Assembly (NCBI GenBank): GCA_002633005.1
Contig: NMRA01000029.1
Span: 1,280,691 to 1,344,690 of the forward strand
Source of the DNA: Phoronis australis
Taxonomy: Eukaryota > Animalia > Phoronida
Length of the DNA stretch: 64,000 nucleotides
Direction of reading: 5' to 3'
The position numbers and the translations under genes were made by a program. Shown here piece after piece: positions 25,734-41,171 of this stretch. The notes below the pieces were generated by a model, which was not told where the DNA came from, ran no database searches, and saw only the letters and a program-made list of their open reading frames with translations. Positions within the stretch are counted from its first letter, which is position 1; each line of letters opens with the position of its first letter.

Positions 25734-28064
25734 GGTGGGACACTACACTGATTTTTCAAATTTTCGTTAAATAAAAACCAATAAAGATAATTCTTTGAAA
25801 TTTGGACTGTGTTTACATTCTACCAAGATGAGCTTGAAAACACATTTTGGTGTTGTTGTGATAAATGGGGTCAAGACTAGGAGTGAAAAGCTGAAAATTA
25901 AACTTCGCAATTTGCCCCTACCAGATTTATTTTTTCTTTTTCGTTTTTTAACATGTTCAGAGGTTTATTATGTTGTTAAAAGGCTTTTCAACACAATAGT
26001 GACATTTTCATCAATGAAAACAATTTTCAACAAGTTTCTGAGAGTTGCAAAATTCATCAAATTTTTTTCAGAACCCGGTTATCTCCACAAATCATGACAA
26101 AACTCAAAAACTATAGATATTACAAACTTCTAACGTGCACCATTGTATTCAGTAGCCTGTTTTACATACACATGCCAAGTTTCAAGAGCATAGGGGGTGT
26201 ATAACCTATTTTTCTCGTGGGGGCAAGTTGAAGACTTACGATAAAAACGGCGTTCTGCGAACTCGCAAGTTACAAAAAAATAACAACATTGTAACGTCAT
26301 GGTTAACTTTCACTTTATTTACAGGTGTGTTTATGCTTAGTAATTCTTGAAACAATTATCCAACAGTCTGACACTACATTCAGAATCCTCCAGGGACATA
26401 TGAAATACATTCCCTGGCCTGCTGATTAGTCCTCGAAGCCCGCTTGGCTTTATCGATTTCTTCTCGCCATGTCATTGACTTGTCCGTCACTTTCTATTTG
26501 AGTTTAGTAACTCTAAGTACATTGCTACTGTCAACATAGTCCTCCTCCAGCAACCACATCACTTTATTTCAAAAAACTTTCCAAGCTTCAGAGACGACAT
26601 CCCATAGGCTACAGTGCCTCACGACAAACAGGACAGTGTGAGATGTGACGCACTTCCCACCCGCTGGGTGTCCTCATCCATAACTGACAACTGTAAAAAT
26701 TTGGAAAATTGAAATGTAAAATTGTTGAATATTATGTTAAACAGTTATCAATGCTAACTGGAGAAATAATTGGTATCATGGTTTTCGCAACACCCAGAAG
26801 CATTGACAACTGTCATTAACGTACTAATGGAACGTAAAGCTTTGAAGAATACAAACCGGATAAAACACTATCTAAGGAACATGAATCAGTTTGAAATTGT
26901 ATTGCTATTATATCACAGGCCTTCAGTTGACTTTTTTACATCCAATAAGAAGCAGTAAAATGGGTTATTAATATACTGAATCGAACACGTGTCAAAGCTG
27001 GAGGAACGTGTAGTAGACTTGGATTTCTCCACCAAGACTAGTTACTGACTGCAACGATAATGTACAACATCTAAAACAAAACAACACAACCAACAGAAGC
27101 AGCTGCTTACGTGTGTTGTGTCATTGGGGAGCAGTATTTGAAACCGGCAACTTACCTTAGGCATATTTCTATGCTTGCATCTTGAACAATCAGCCTCATG
27201 CACTCAATTCGCCTAACTTCACCAGGAGATTTTCAACAGCTGCATGGTCTGTAGTTTTATCGGCACTGATTTCCTGTTTTTACCGAGTCGTCCTCAAAAA
27301 CACTCAGTTTTCGTTTGGACGCAGAGTCTTTCGTCGGTAAGCTACATCGACGAGTGTTTCAAATGGTCTGACCTGAAGTTGTCGCCGATATGATTTGGCC
27401 ACCAAAAGTTTATTTGCTCCAAAACTTCCTTTTTTACGGCATGGTTTACATTTCCCATAACCATGGGATGCTTTCAACTTCGTTTCAGTCTCTTTTGAAG
27501 TCATAATCCAACAGTATTTCAAAAAACATCCGATAAAAAATACCGATTGAGATCGAAAAACAGCTGCAAAATGGCGCTTGTTACTATGCTGTTTCCATGA
27601 TCAGAAATAGCCGAAGTTACCCACGTGACTCGCTCGTCCAATTAAAATGCTAGAAAGCGACGTCATTGCCTATGAATATCCGTTAGCCAATCAAAATGAT
27701 GAAAAAAGTTTATTTTTAGCAGCAGTTCCTGGAAAGTACACAAGTATTATGAATGAACCTAAGGGGAATTCTGAAAATAGAGGACATGACCTTTCTAACA
27801 GCGTACAACATGGCGGTGTCGGAGGTCTGGAACTGCCGTGGACAAGCTGTTGTTTTGTACAAAATTAGGAGACTAAATGCGTTCAAACCAAAATTTTTTG
27901 GAAGGGTACGTTTGAAAAACCGAGGAATTCAATAAAAAAGGTTAGTTTTACCACTTGTTGGACTACAGAATATTGATTTAGGATGATTATAAGGATCGAA
28001 AATGAGAAAATCTCAACTGTCAAAATAACATCAAAAATGGTAAAATCGTTTGTAGCGTCCCACC
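25734..28064. mobile_element. Non-autonomous TIR DNA transposon, Kolobok-like
   Basis: Left end TTAA|GGTGGGACACTACActgatttt and right end aaaatcgttTGTAGCGTCCCACC|TAAT form imperfect TIRs with a near-TTAA site. The interior is decayed, with Cys-containing minus-strand fragments. Confidence 0.65.
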
Positions 28065-29518
28065 TAATTTCAATTTAATTACAACGGTCTCATAATAAGA
28101 CCACAAAGCTGCGTATTTGAGTATGCATTGCTGTGACTTGATTTGTTCACTCATTTGTTGATATCTGTAGGGATAGTTTATATGAAACTTCAAAATTATC
28201 CGCTGTATAATTTGACTGTTCAATGACGTCACGGTAAATTGTTCAACAGTAACAATGTGGGGCGTGATAATGCAACGTCGTAGTTGCTGTGATGCCTATA
28301 ACTTTCATGCTTCTGGGCCTGATGACCGTGGCACTGTTTTAACATTCCAAAAACGCTTCAGTTAAGAGTTCGGCAGTGAAAGCTAAACAACGACGAAATG
28401 CAGCTTTAACAAAATTTACAAGTTGTTACAAGTTGGCTGTACCATCGTGTTTGTATATGCCCATTTAGTACTTTGGTTTTCTCTTAGATGCAAAATGCAC
28501 GCATCGATATATTTTTCTTTCTAAAGCTGCATTTTCACGAGCATCTTGAACATGTTTAAGCTTGGGCGTTTTAAAATCATCGTATCAGAAAAAGCTTAAA
28601 AGGTGGTAGTCAGTAAACCAACCCTTAAACAAGGTTGGAGTCTTTACAATAAAAGTGTAGAATATCACACTCGAATTGCGTATTAAATATTAAACTTTAT
28701 ACCACATTATCAGCCAAACATGGCCAATGCAAACGTTGAATAACCCATTTAACGCGTATTGAATTTTGGCGGGAAACGGAGGTCGGTTCCAAATCCGTTT
28801 CGTTTTTTAGAGTTTCCAGCAGTGCACTTGACTAATGCTCTATACAGCAACTGGCGTCATCGTACTTGAAAATAGACTACCTAAACGAGGACGCACAATA
28901 ATCGCATATTCAACAAATGATAATTTACTGACATTTTTACGTTGTAAAAATAACATACACATTTTCAATAAAAACGACATTTTTAATTCAGGAAAATTTA
29001 GCAGACTTGTAAATCGTCGATCTCCAGTTAAAATGCAGGTAAAATGTCGCCGAGATCCTTTGACTTGTGCATTATGCTCAGAAACCAGTGGTAACCTATT
29101 TTAACAACCGATATTTTCACGGTGGAAGCTTAGCACGACAAGATGCATAGTAAGCGAGACTAGTTGCTTAAATCTTATTTTATGGATTCACTTTATTTCT
29201 ATTTTATTTATTAAATTTCCAATTGGTTCTTAGTAAAAGCATTATTTGAACAAAAAGAACTCGGCGTTTCTTAAAAGGTCACGACCTCCGATTCTGGGGC
29301 TCTGGCATAGAGAGCAGTTACAAGGCTGAGTTGAGTCGAGAAAGGTTCATGTACATGTAGATCGATTCATTGCAATGTTTATCGTTCAGTAACCAGTGTG
29401 TGTTATGAATTGATTATTAGACGTTTCAGTCCTTATCCCTAACGTCCCCGGGCGATAATTCTCCAAAATTCACTTGATCTCTAGATTACGGATGATAACG
29501 ACTTCCCTCATAAAATAG

Positions 29519-29665
29519 ATATAGATTATTACATGGCGATGTCGTTATCTCCAGTAATCTACTGTAGAGCCCAAGGGACGTTGGCCCCCGAGTTCGATAA
29601 TGCTACTAAATCCCCTCAGGCTTTAGATAAGGGGGTAATGACTGAGAACACGTCATTATCTATAT
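29519..29665. repeat. Short element with imperfect inverted ends
   Basis: atatagattattacatg ... cacgtcattatctatat. Confidence 0.45.
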
Positions 29666-32600
29666 CATATACTGCCTAAATTTTGACATAAAGATAAAGT
29701 TTTGCTTGTTTAATTTTGAGAATCATACACACGACATATTTTCACAACTTGCTTTTATGAAACATAAGTTATACATACAAAATTTTCAAATATGAATATT
29801 CAGCAGCATTGGATTGAATATCTGCAATCGGGATGGAGTTTGAACCCGTATGGTAGGTGCTAACCTTTCCGTTTTGAGATGTGAATCGCATTTTACTTGG
29901 AGTTTTAACTAATTATAAAAATCCGCATTCCGATGATTTTCTGAAAACTCCGTACTTTCAAGCTAACAAAATCCCCATTTTATTGTCTTCAAAATCATGG
30001 AAAATTGGGTGACATTGATTTTTTATTCCGACACATTCAGCACTTCTTATTGGATGCTGCGCGTGTTTGTTTTGGAAACTGTCATTCAAATTATCATGTT
30101 CTAAGTAACCAATCAGAGAAATCCAAGAGAAGCCCACGTGCGGCGACCATGGTATTTGTAAAAAAATGTTGGATGGAATGAAAGTGAGGTTTACAAACGA
30201 TGTAATTGAACACAGTTATTCCATATTTTAGACCATCTTTAATGGTTCTTTCTGTGAATTGATAAAACGTTATTTGCCTACGATTTTTGCCGTCAGTTGG
30301 CGTCACCAGTTCCCTGCATCTATCATTTGTTGCAGCAATGGCTGACTAAACAAAGACAAGGAAATGTCGTTTTAGGCAACTTCATTACCCTGAATTACGA
30401 GGCGAATTTTCTAAAGAAAGCCAAAGGCGCTACATATTTGGAACTAAAATGACCATGTGATGCCGATTGAGTTTTGGAAGTTTCTTTGAAAGGAGTTGAC
30501 AGCGTGTAAAGGACTTGACTGTCTAATCCCATGTAGTGTTTTAACATTAAAAACTTAAAAGTTGTGCTACGATTGAAGGGACATGCACATTCCTCTTACA
30601 GGGAGTAAGTGGAATTATTTACGTTTGCTTTTTAATTCGTTCAACGTTGCAACATAAGGTATGCAACTCACTGTATTTGATTCATTGTTCCTGTCAATAC
30701 ACTATGATCCGCATTTTTACATAAAAATCTACCAAACAACATGTACTTAAATCAATTAGGGCTTGGCACCTCTGGGCCATTAGACATAGGGCTCCTGTTT
30801 ATCATATTTTATTATAGATGCAGATAAGTTACCCCACCATAACATGTATGCAAACTTGCTTTTCGGAATAGAAAATTGGTGAAGATAAAGAATGCTTATT
30901 TTTATTTTTTTGTCACCATCTTGAGTTTATGTTTTAACATTTAAAAATACTCGTCAGATTTGAATGTTAGTGATAGCAGTGGGTTGCTCTCTCTTCAGAA
31001 TCACGGACTTAACAACATCATGTTTATCGTACTCATTGAAGTAGTTCAAGAATTTAATGAATTCAAAATGACTAATGGGGCCATTTTCAATATGATCTTG
31101 TGTTATCCCATTTCCAATCGGTCAGATTTCGAATGACTTTTTTAATAATCAATGTGTCCAGTGTGTGACTACAAACCGTTTGTTGCAATACCCGTGGCCA
31201 GGTAGATCCTAAATTGACAACGTTAAAACTCCATCCAGGTTCACAAAACCACGAGAAAACGACCTTTATTTTGGAATGGAAACCGTTTCAATTCTAGATA
31301 AATCCCGAAAAATAAATATAGGAAATGCCCCTTCCGCATTGTCAAAATCGTATTGCGCAAGTCCATTACATAAATAATAATTTTTATTATTCGATTTCTG
31401 TTGTATACCCGTTTACAATATTCTCCATGAAACATTGAGATACCATTTTAGTTTACAATTTGATTTTTCAAACTGTATTCACTGAAGAAATTACATATTT
31501 GTAGGTTACTGGCACTCTCCCAAATACACTGTAGAGTTGGACCAGCCATTCACTGAGGAGCAGACGAGACCATTATAATTTGCCAGGAACGACATGTGGA
31601 ACGTTGATAGGTCTTTCATTTGATCTGACAGTGTTGGTTTTTACAGTTTTTGGTTTTCAAAGTTACCGAATCGACTCTCTTAAATGGAAAAAATCAGGGA
31701 AAAGCCAGCCGAGCTCACGGCCCGACTTGTTGGCCCTGCGAGTCAGCGCTTGTTCTGTGTTCAGATCGAGTCGAACTTTTGTAGACTGGGTCGAGGGGGT
31801 CGTGGGTCAAGGAGGTCGTGGAGTGTGAGGGTCGAGCGAGTTTGAGGACAATCCGTTTTTAGCAAATCAGCATTACTACAGAGGTATGTTAACAAACAGT
31901 GTTTAGAAATAGAAGATCACTTGCAAAAGCATAATAATGTAAATAACATTGATAAAACTAAGTTCATGTTCCTTAACGTTACTAAACTGTAGCATGCTGA
32001 GAAGTCCGCAGTGATAGCCTTTTTCGATACAGTAATTCAGACATACACGCCGTCATGTCGCACAGATAAATCGTGTCAAGGATTTATGAATTTTCGATGC
32101 AGTCCTACGATCAAGTAAGACTCCGGTATGCATGTATATTGCAGCATAAACTGGGAAAATGTCAACTTGTATTTTCATTTTTACTGTTACAACCCTGCGA
32201 ACTAGTTTAAACGACGGCGTACAGTGTATGTATCGTAATTGTCTGTTTTAATTCATCATGATACCAGTTGTCATCAACGTATATTTGCTTTGCCAGTTTG
32301 GATATGGCTTTGATGCTTTAAGGAAGATTTCAGTTTAAGTGTCATTACTTCAACCTTTGAAATGTTATCCTTGTGAGGGTGTGATAATAAATGTAAATTT
32401 GGTTTTCAAAAATTGAGTTTTTACAGCAACTTCATCAAAAGGACCGACCGGAGGCACCGAAATATTAATACCCTGGATTCCGAGTGGCTAAACGTGGTCT
32501 TGCCATACTTTGTATGCATCTTAATCATCTCGTTTCCATGGCTCTTATAGGGTAAGTGTTAATGAATTGATTTGACCACATCGAAAAAAAACTTTGATTT

Positions 32601-33603
32601 GTCTCCCCCTGTTTAAAGTAGACTCAGCGGTGTGCAGAAGTATACAAAAACATAAGAGACGCAAAGAAAAGACGCATTCAGTGAGATATGGCCAGGTAAG
32701 TGAAGGTACGTTTTCTCACAGATAAAGCTAAATAACAGGTTAACTATACATGTAAATGTGCCCAAAAGGACTCGATGTCGTTTACAAATACATATTTGAA
32801 TGTAAGATACGATAACCTCACAAAAATTCTGTTTACAGTCCACAACCGCAGATCCTCAGCTATGTAGGCATTTTCTATTGCAGCATAAGAGCACATCAAA
32901 TCACATGCTTTTGTGTGTCTTTTAGAATGCATTTTCAGTAATATAAACCAATACATTCTGCGATTAACACACCATTTTATGAACAAAGACAGTGGTCACG
33001 TCCACTTACCCCGACTGAATTGGATCTGGTACATACCTCACCCATGATAATTTTGCGAAATGTATTCTGGACACTTTCAATCCATTCATTTATTGAATTC
33101 CCGAGCCACTGCCCAATATCGTAGATTCGTATATAAGATCTTGTCAAGTAAATCACATTACAAATAGAAGTACAGGGCCGTAGGAATCGGGGGGCCGGGG
33201 GCACGTCCCCCAAAATTTGTAGGCGTCATGGTTAAACCGTGGCAACCGACATAGGCGTGGGGACGCGGACAGTCGAGAAAAGACTGAGAATACGGATTAA
33301 GAGAGAAAATTCAAGAGAACATTTAACAACTCAGTATCAGTGCATGGCTACACTTCGAGGGCCCTGGCCAGAATATTGTTGTTAGGGTCTCTGTTTTTGC
33401 AGCACTTGAAAACGTGCACTTAATGATCCGTATTATGTATTTCGAAAAATCGAGAACATTTGAAATTCAATAACACAATCTTGCGAAAGCATAACTATAT
33501 TTTTCCAAAGGCTCCTACGGACAACGGAGACGACTGCCGTTCTATTTTTTTCTCGAAATTGTATATCACTTGAGAAAAATTGAAGACCTGACAGAAAACA
33601 TCA

Positions 33604-36600
33604 ATTGCTGCGCATTTCCTGATCTTTTAAAATATATATATTTTCATCTTTAGGGACCCAACCCTTGAAGAGGGTTATTGATGACATTCAAGTGGCCACC
33701 ATTTTCGTGTTTTTATTGACAGATTCTTAAGGGACCGCTCACGGAGAGAGAACCCAACGTTGGCATCGATTACCTCTATTTTTCTGTTTTGTATATCGAA
33801 CAACCGGCTATCATGTCGACGAAGGTCTTTTCTTGCATACGAAAATAGAATTGAGTGGCACCCTTTTCCAAGGATAATGATGTTTAGCCTTTCATCTTTG
33901 TCTCCCATTTCAGATGAGACCCTCTCTCGGTGGGGCGGCTCGGGGGAATTGTACCTTTGTTCCTCTATGCACGTAAATCCGACACTGCCAAGTATTCACG
34001 AAGGGAAGTTAAGACTCCAAATTCATTAAACACAAAACATTCGTGTACAACACAGCAGTATCAAGACATTCGAACCAAAAAACCAAAAAACGTGAAAAAT
34101 ACAATAAGATTTACCACTATCGAATAGGTGGAATTTTGAAGAACTTGAAGATCACTATTTGTGAATTAAACAAATTACACAAAATGACAATTTCCGGCGG
34201 TTATATATAACATAATGTTACTTTTCACATAGTATCACAAGAATAGTATTTCTTTTGAAGATCGTTACTAGGAGTTTTTTGTAAGGAATTCGCACATGTT
34301 GAACAAGCTGTCAGGGCCACGATTTGTGATGACCGTGCAATTGTCGAATGGGGGTACTCAAACTACTAGAAATCATAAATAAAGATTGGAGTTCAAGTTT
34401 AACTCGTGAACGGTTATACTTACTTTTGAACAGAGCAAAGATACACTTTAATTTGAATGCCCTATCTCCTATGTTCCCCCAGATACCCCTAAAATCTGCA
34501 AGCATGCTTATAACATTTCGTTTTCATAAACAAACTCTTTGGTTTCAGATTTGCATGTTTATGTATCTAGGAAAATCGACAGATTCATGGATTATTTTTG
34601 CAATTAAAAGATAATCTTGTAAGAATTCGTGATGTTTCAGTGAATTTAGTTGCAGCCTGAAGTTGGAAAAACTCAATAATCCTATACCCAAATAGTAAAG
34701 TACATTTAGACGATTTCTAAAATAACTGTCAAAGACATTGATGAAATTCGGACAGTTCCCAAAAATATACTCACATTTCAAAGGACAATAAAAGCATTGT
34801 TTTTTGAATTGGGCACATGACTGGTTATTTAAACTTACAAACAACAGATTCTAAAGGAATTAAGTCATGAAATCAAAGTAAAGGCATCGCTAATGGAATG
34901 ATTGTTGGCTCCTGATTTGCATATTTATTATCCACAAAAACTCGACTAATAGATTATTTTTGACAATTAGAAGCTAATCGTGTAAGAAACGGCGATGCTT
35001 CGCTGAACTTAGTTGCAAGCTGACATTGTGAAATTTCGACCTATCATCAGTTTCTCAAATAGCAAAGTATACTAAACGATATTTGTCGAACTTGAAAGCC
35101 ATCTCAAGGGTACTGATGAATGTTGGACAGCTCTGCAAAGTGTACAAAAATGTTTTCACAATTGCGTGGCAATAAANATTGCTGCGCATTTCCTGATCTT
35201 TTAAAATATATATATTTTCATCTTTAGGGACCCAACCCTTGAAGAGGGTTATTGATGACATTCAAGTGGCCACCATTTTCGTGTTTTTATTGACAGATTC
35301 TTAAGGGACCGCTCACGGAGAGAGAACCCAACGTTGGCATCGATTACCTCTATTTTTCTGTTTTGTATATCGAACAACCGGCTATCATGTCGACGAAGGT
35401 CTTTTCTTGCATACGAAAATAGAATTGAGTGGCACCCTTTTCCAAGGATAATGATGTTTAGCCTTTCATCTTTGTCTCCCATTTCAGATGAGACCCTCTC
35501 TCGGTGGGGTGGCTCGGGGGAATTGTACCTTTGTTCCTCTATGCACGTAAATCCGACACTGCCAAGTATTCACGAAGGGAAGTTAAGACTCCAAATTCAT
35601 CAAACACAAAACATTCGTGTACAACACAGCAGTATCAAGACATTCGAACCAAAAAACCAAAAAACGTGAAAAATACAATAAGATTTACCACCATCGAATA
35701 GGTGGAATTTTGAAGAACTTGAAGATCACTACTTGTGAATTACAAACAAACAAATTCCACAAAATGACAATTTCCGGCGGTTATTTATAACATAATGTTA
35801 CTTTTCACATAGTATCACAAGAATAGTATTTCTTTTGAAGATCTCTACTAGGAGTTTTTTGTAAGGAATCCGCACATGTTGAACAAGCTGTCAGGGCCAC
35901 GTTTTGTGATGACTGTGTACTTGTCGAATGGGGGTACTCAAACTACTCGAAATCATAAATAAAGATTGCAGCGTTTTTGGAGTTCAAGTTTAACTCGTGA
36001 ACAGTTATACTTACTTTTGAACAGAGCGAAGATACACTTTAATTTGAATGCCCTATCTCCTATGTTCCCCCAGATACCCCTAAAATCTGCAAGCATGCTT
36101 ATAACATTTCGTTTTCATAAACAAACTCTTTGGTTTCAGATTTGCATGTTTATATATCTAGGAAAATCGACAGATTCATGGTTTATTTTTGCAATTAAAA
36201 GATAATCTTTCAGTGAATTTAGTTGCAGCCTGAAGTTGGAAAAACTCAATAATCCTATACCCAAACAGTAAAGTACATTTAGACGATTTCTAAAATAACT
36301 GTCAAAGACATTGATGAAATTCGGACAGTTCCTCAAAATATACTCACATTTCAAAGGACAATAAAAGCATTGTTTTTTGAATTGGGCACATGACTGGTTA
36401 TTTAAACTTACAAACAACAGATTCTAAAGAAATTAAGTCATAAAATCAAAGTAAAGGCATCGCTAATGGAATGATTGTTGGCTCCTGATTTGCATATTTA
36501 TTATCTACAAAAACTCGACTAATAGATTATTTTTGACAATTAGAAGCTAATCGTGTAAGAAACGGCGATGCTTCGCTAAACTTAGTTGCAAGCTGACATT

Positions 36601-36749
36601 GTGAAATTTCGACCTATCATCAGTTTCTCAAATAGCAAAGTACACTAAACGATATTTGTCTAACTTGAAAGCTATCTCAAGGGTACTGATGAATGTAAGA
36701 CAGCTCTGCAAAGTGTACAAAAAAGTTTTCACAATTGCGTGGCAATAAA
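33604..36749. repeat. Tandem duplication of about 1.57 kb (33604-35176 and 35178-36749) joined at a single n
   Basis: Both copies start attgctgcgcatttcc and end gcgtggcaataaa, and differ by SNPs and small indels. The duplicate ORFs in the track match. Confidence 0.92.
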
Positions 36750-39700
36750 TTGTTTATTGACTTAGAAAGTACATCAGTGGTTTAAATTAGTTGATGGGTT
36801 GACTATTAATTACATTTCTTCGTTTTTTTCATGATTTCTAAGTGAGATTTAGCCCAACGAACATAGCATGAATGCGTTTGATTTTTTTCAGTTGAACTGT
36901 AGCCACACGAGGAGTCCTTCAAGGTGTTAACGTCACTGCTGCATGTCACAAAGTAGTGTGTGTGTATGTTTTGGAGCCTCTTTCAGAAACTAAGAAATCG
37001 ACTTGGCATGACCACATGGCAATAAAAAACAGTGACACTACAACAAGCAAGACCTTTACCAGCCCTATGATTGACGCGTTGCATGCGTAAAGAGTTTTTT
37101 TACCAATGTAGTAAACCATAACATGAAGCATCGTGCTCAGGAACCAAGTCGATTCAGTGTCCTATCTGGATCAACGTTTCACCGAAAGAGTAAGCCTGAT
37201 GCAACACTACGTCACAGCACGAGGACACTCCTTTTTGTGGTGAATGTGGCATGTCATGCAAACAGTATGCCTCCTTCTACAGGCATAGCAAGCAGAAATG
37301 TCATGAATGAAATCATTACGTCCAGTGGTGAAGGTTGTTAAGTCACTATAGTTTATTCAGATTTACGGAGTTTATGGTTGGCAGTTGTCTGATGTGATGG
37401 TAATTTGACATTTTGTTTTGAACCTTTTTTCCGCAAGTTTCTTTCTATATTTGTGTTATTTCAGAAGGATCTTTAACAGAATCAGTACAATTTTGTAGTG
37501 TTTAAGTAGATTTAAATGGCATACAAAGTGTCATTGGGTAATAATTACATACAATTGTTCTGACCAGTTAGTAATTTAAAAGAAAACATATGTCTATGAT
37601 TATTGTAGAAATTTCTTTCATGTTGTTGTTGAAATCCTGCGAGAGACTATTATACTATCAATCACTCCTAAGTACCTTGCCTATGATTCAGTGATGATTT
37701 AGTCTAATACATTCCAAAAGTAATTCGTTGGAAATGTTTAATGGATTTGTAATATTGATATCTCTAAAGCAATCTTTTATATATTTTTGTAAGACCAATT
37801 TTGAGGTATGTTTAATAAAGGATTAATATTATAATAAAAATGCTATAATATTGTTGTTCATTTCCTGTGTAAATCACTACAGTGTGTAGTTGAAGTGACG
37901 TTAATGACAACATTTTGACTACGTTTTAAGAAAATCACAATTTAGTAGGTGTATTATAACTGTCTCAATCTTTTCAATGTCACATTAAACTGGAGATCGT
38001 GAACTGGAGATGCAGGTGAACTTAGGACCAAAACTACAAAACAGAAGAGTGAAAAACAACGTACATTCAAGCCACACGCCGGGTGCCACAAGTCAATCTG
38101 TTCTTCTCTGTGTCGATGTTATCAGTAAAACATCAAGTAAAATCCAACCCGTTTTATCAGCACACCAGTTTACACAACTTCTGACCAATTTTTAGATCCC
38201 AGGCCTTGGGCAAGCTCATCGTCATTCTTTGACTTCACTGGCTACTTGTTTCTTTCCTTTTGCTGTCACAATTTTACAAGAAGATTGTACGCTCATCTGC
38301 TGCAATAATTTGTTTACCCCTGGCTGACACGCAACATGGAACAACTCCTGGGTGAGTCTTCAGTTTAAAACCCATTGTTCTCAGTGGTTTTGTCTAAATG
38401 TAGATGTTTGTATTTCAATTCCTGGTTGGATGTACCTTCACGTCGTGGGTAACATGTTCGTTGAAGCTCGCCTCACAATAACAGTGAACTTATTTCCTGA
38501 AATGAAAATAAATTCGTTTGTGAAACTTAAATTATGCTTGACGTTTATGTAGTTTCCATGGCAAATAGAAATATGCTATGCTGTTGTTCAATTTTGATAC
38601 GAAAATAACACAGTAATGACGCGAAATGTGATTAATTCATAGCACCACACTTATTTTGTAACCCTTTTCACGTTTTGTCAGTAAAAAGTTCATTAATATT
38701 CGACACAACACGATGCGTTCCAGATCGCATAAACAACACCAATTTGCGTTCCCGATCGCTCACCGTTGCGTTTTCGATCGCATCTTTCTTTCAACAGAAA
38801 AGCGTCGACAAATTAGAGATCCTGCAAAAAACAAGCCTTGCGTTATATTTTCACACGTCATTTCTTCATAACTCCTTGCTCAATTTATTGATTTAGTGCC
38901 AAAAATAAATGCAATTTGCCAGCATGACATACAAATCACCTTCGTCTCATGCGATGCCTTGCTCAACGTAATTTTTCTCCTGTAATTGGAAGAGACACTA
39001 GCCTAAACCTCTACCTACCCTTCTTCAATGTGTTACGCCTTGAACTCATGTCTCTGTTTTCACATTGTAAGTAAAAACAACGAGAATTTATCAATTTTAC
39101 TCACCTTGCCTGGCTTCGTTTCTCCCCCCCCCCGACAAATTTCGTTCTAGATCGCCTTCCGGGGTGAGATTGGTATGAAAAGTAGTCGAGCATAAGTCTG
39201 CATTAATTACAAAAGTTCTTTAGCTGTTAGCTGTTCAAATTACTGAAAATGATCTTAAGCACTCATCAACATTTCCTATTCATGCAATAACTAAACTGAG
39301 ACAATTTACAAAAAACACCATGCCGTTTAAAACCTCCAAATTCCACCACTTTTGATGGGATGCTAAAAAGTTTCAAAATCGGCCATTTTAAGTCAATTTC
39401 AAGTGAACTTACATTTCTATCGTGACTAGGGAAACTTCGAGAAAAACCTGAGAGAGTGATTTTTGTTTTAGGGATAAAATGCACTTTTAGTATTCAAGGT
39501 ATAAGCCATGTTTCTGGAGCATTGAAAATCTACTTTAACCATCCATTTTTGTTTTTGGTGTGCGACGATAACAATTTCTATAACGTATACCTACATGTAC
39601 GTGTCACGAGCTTCTTCCCAAGTTATCTCCACTGTCATTATTTTAATAAGTAGGAACGAAAAGAAGGATACACTTGGACCCTGAGTAATTAACATACAGC

Positions 39701-41171
39701 GAGATTGCATCTCAATCGAACAGTTTCCAAAATGATTTTTCATAAGATCTTAGCGAAACACCATAATAGCTCCTTTCTTTTGCTTACGCATTCTCAAAGC
39801 CTCACAGCAGTTAAAAGACTATTTAATATGTTTTTATAGTTTAATGAGCGTTTCAGCAAAGACTATCACGCCATCATGTAGTGGTAATTTTAATCAGTTT
39901 CACTGATGAAGATGACACTTGTTTTGTAACATCTCAATAATTTTAATTTATCATGTGGAGAATGAAAAATACTGAACGTACAACCTTGCCAACCAGGCCC
40001 ATAGGAAGCCAAAATTATTGGGGGGACAAGCCATTGCGACTTCGCCAAACTACCCCTATCGCCATCACCTCCCCCCACCCCGTGTTCCGGACGCCACCAT
40101 ATTTGTACCGCACCTCCCACGTCCGGCCTAGCTGGGGGGCAATCCCGGGGATGCAACCGCCAAGAATTGAGTAACAGTGAACTCACACGGAGAGTAAGAA
40201 CGAGCCTAGGACCAGTGCACATACGTGTAGAGAGATGTCTCAAGTAGCTGTAGCTTAGATCTATCAGCGTCAAAATACGAAATTCCCGACGAACTAAAGC
40301 TAATTGCTGGTAAGCTCAGTTATAATTCACTTGAGAGAGGCAGCTTAGCTCGTATACATTCGTCTGCGCTGATTCTAAGGTCAAGATTCGTATTATTATG
40401 ATCCATTGTCGGGAAAACTCCATTTTTATGGTCATTCTTTGAAGGTTTTTTTTGAAAAGGTGAGGTCCCGAGGTCCCTGGTATATAGTGCCTTTGAGGCT
40501 GTTTCAAAATCCCTCGTTGAAACAAGACCAGCAGCCCAGTTTCTGATTTGGGGGCAAATTGATACAGAGTGTTTCCCAAAAACGTACACACTGCGACGCC
40601 TTCGACGCGTAAATAACTGAGATTAAGAGCGGACTCACTGCACGGCTACATGTTACTTTTAACTTCTGTCATCGATAATTTATACATACAAAATTTATAA
40701 GTTTATTGTTTGAGGGATTACATATTTTGAAACCGTCCATATGGTACCGTTATGTACAAGACACGTTTACTGTAATGAATCGCTCAGAAGTTGAGTACAG
40801 AATCACGAAGAATCATGCACTAATTTATGCAGAATCTATGCCGGACAATTAAGCTGATTAACAGAACAGCACAGGAGGCTAATTACATTCAAGCCTCAAG
40901 GCATTTCTTCCACAAGTTATGTGGCGCCAGATGCAAACTGTCGCTAGCAATAAATGAGAGTACCTACAGACAACATCGCGAGACAAGCAAGTTCCCACGT
41001 GACTAGACTTCATGCTACTAAGATTTTACGTCAACTGAGGTACTGGGGATGGGTTAGTATTCAGTCCAACAAACAAGCAATATTCTCTGTATGATATAAT
41101 GGTAATTTAGTTTTCAAAATGGTCCTTACTACTACGACATTTGTAATCAATGTACAAAAGCTATTTCATAA

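Noticed and set aside
30338-30480. Possible Crypton/DUF3504-like N-terminus next to the short inverted-end element at 29519
   Set aside because: Only a vague resemblance, with stops and no tyrosine-recombinase motifs seen.
33675-36417. Pairs of near-identical ORFs suggesting duplicated small genes
   Set aside because: They arise from the N-joined duplication and show no domain or convincing splice structure.
28070-41171. Searched by eye for TOP/PKD-channel exons or a PKD2 partner between the two genes
   Set aside because: No ORF or exon with polycystin channel motifs was recognised. Short divergent exons cannot be fully excluded without an HMM search.
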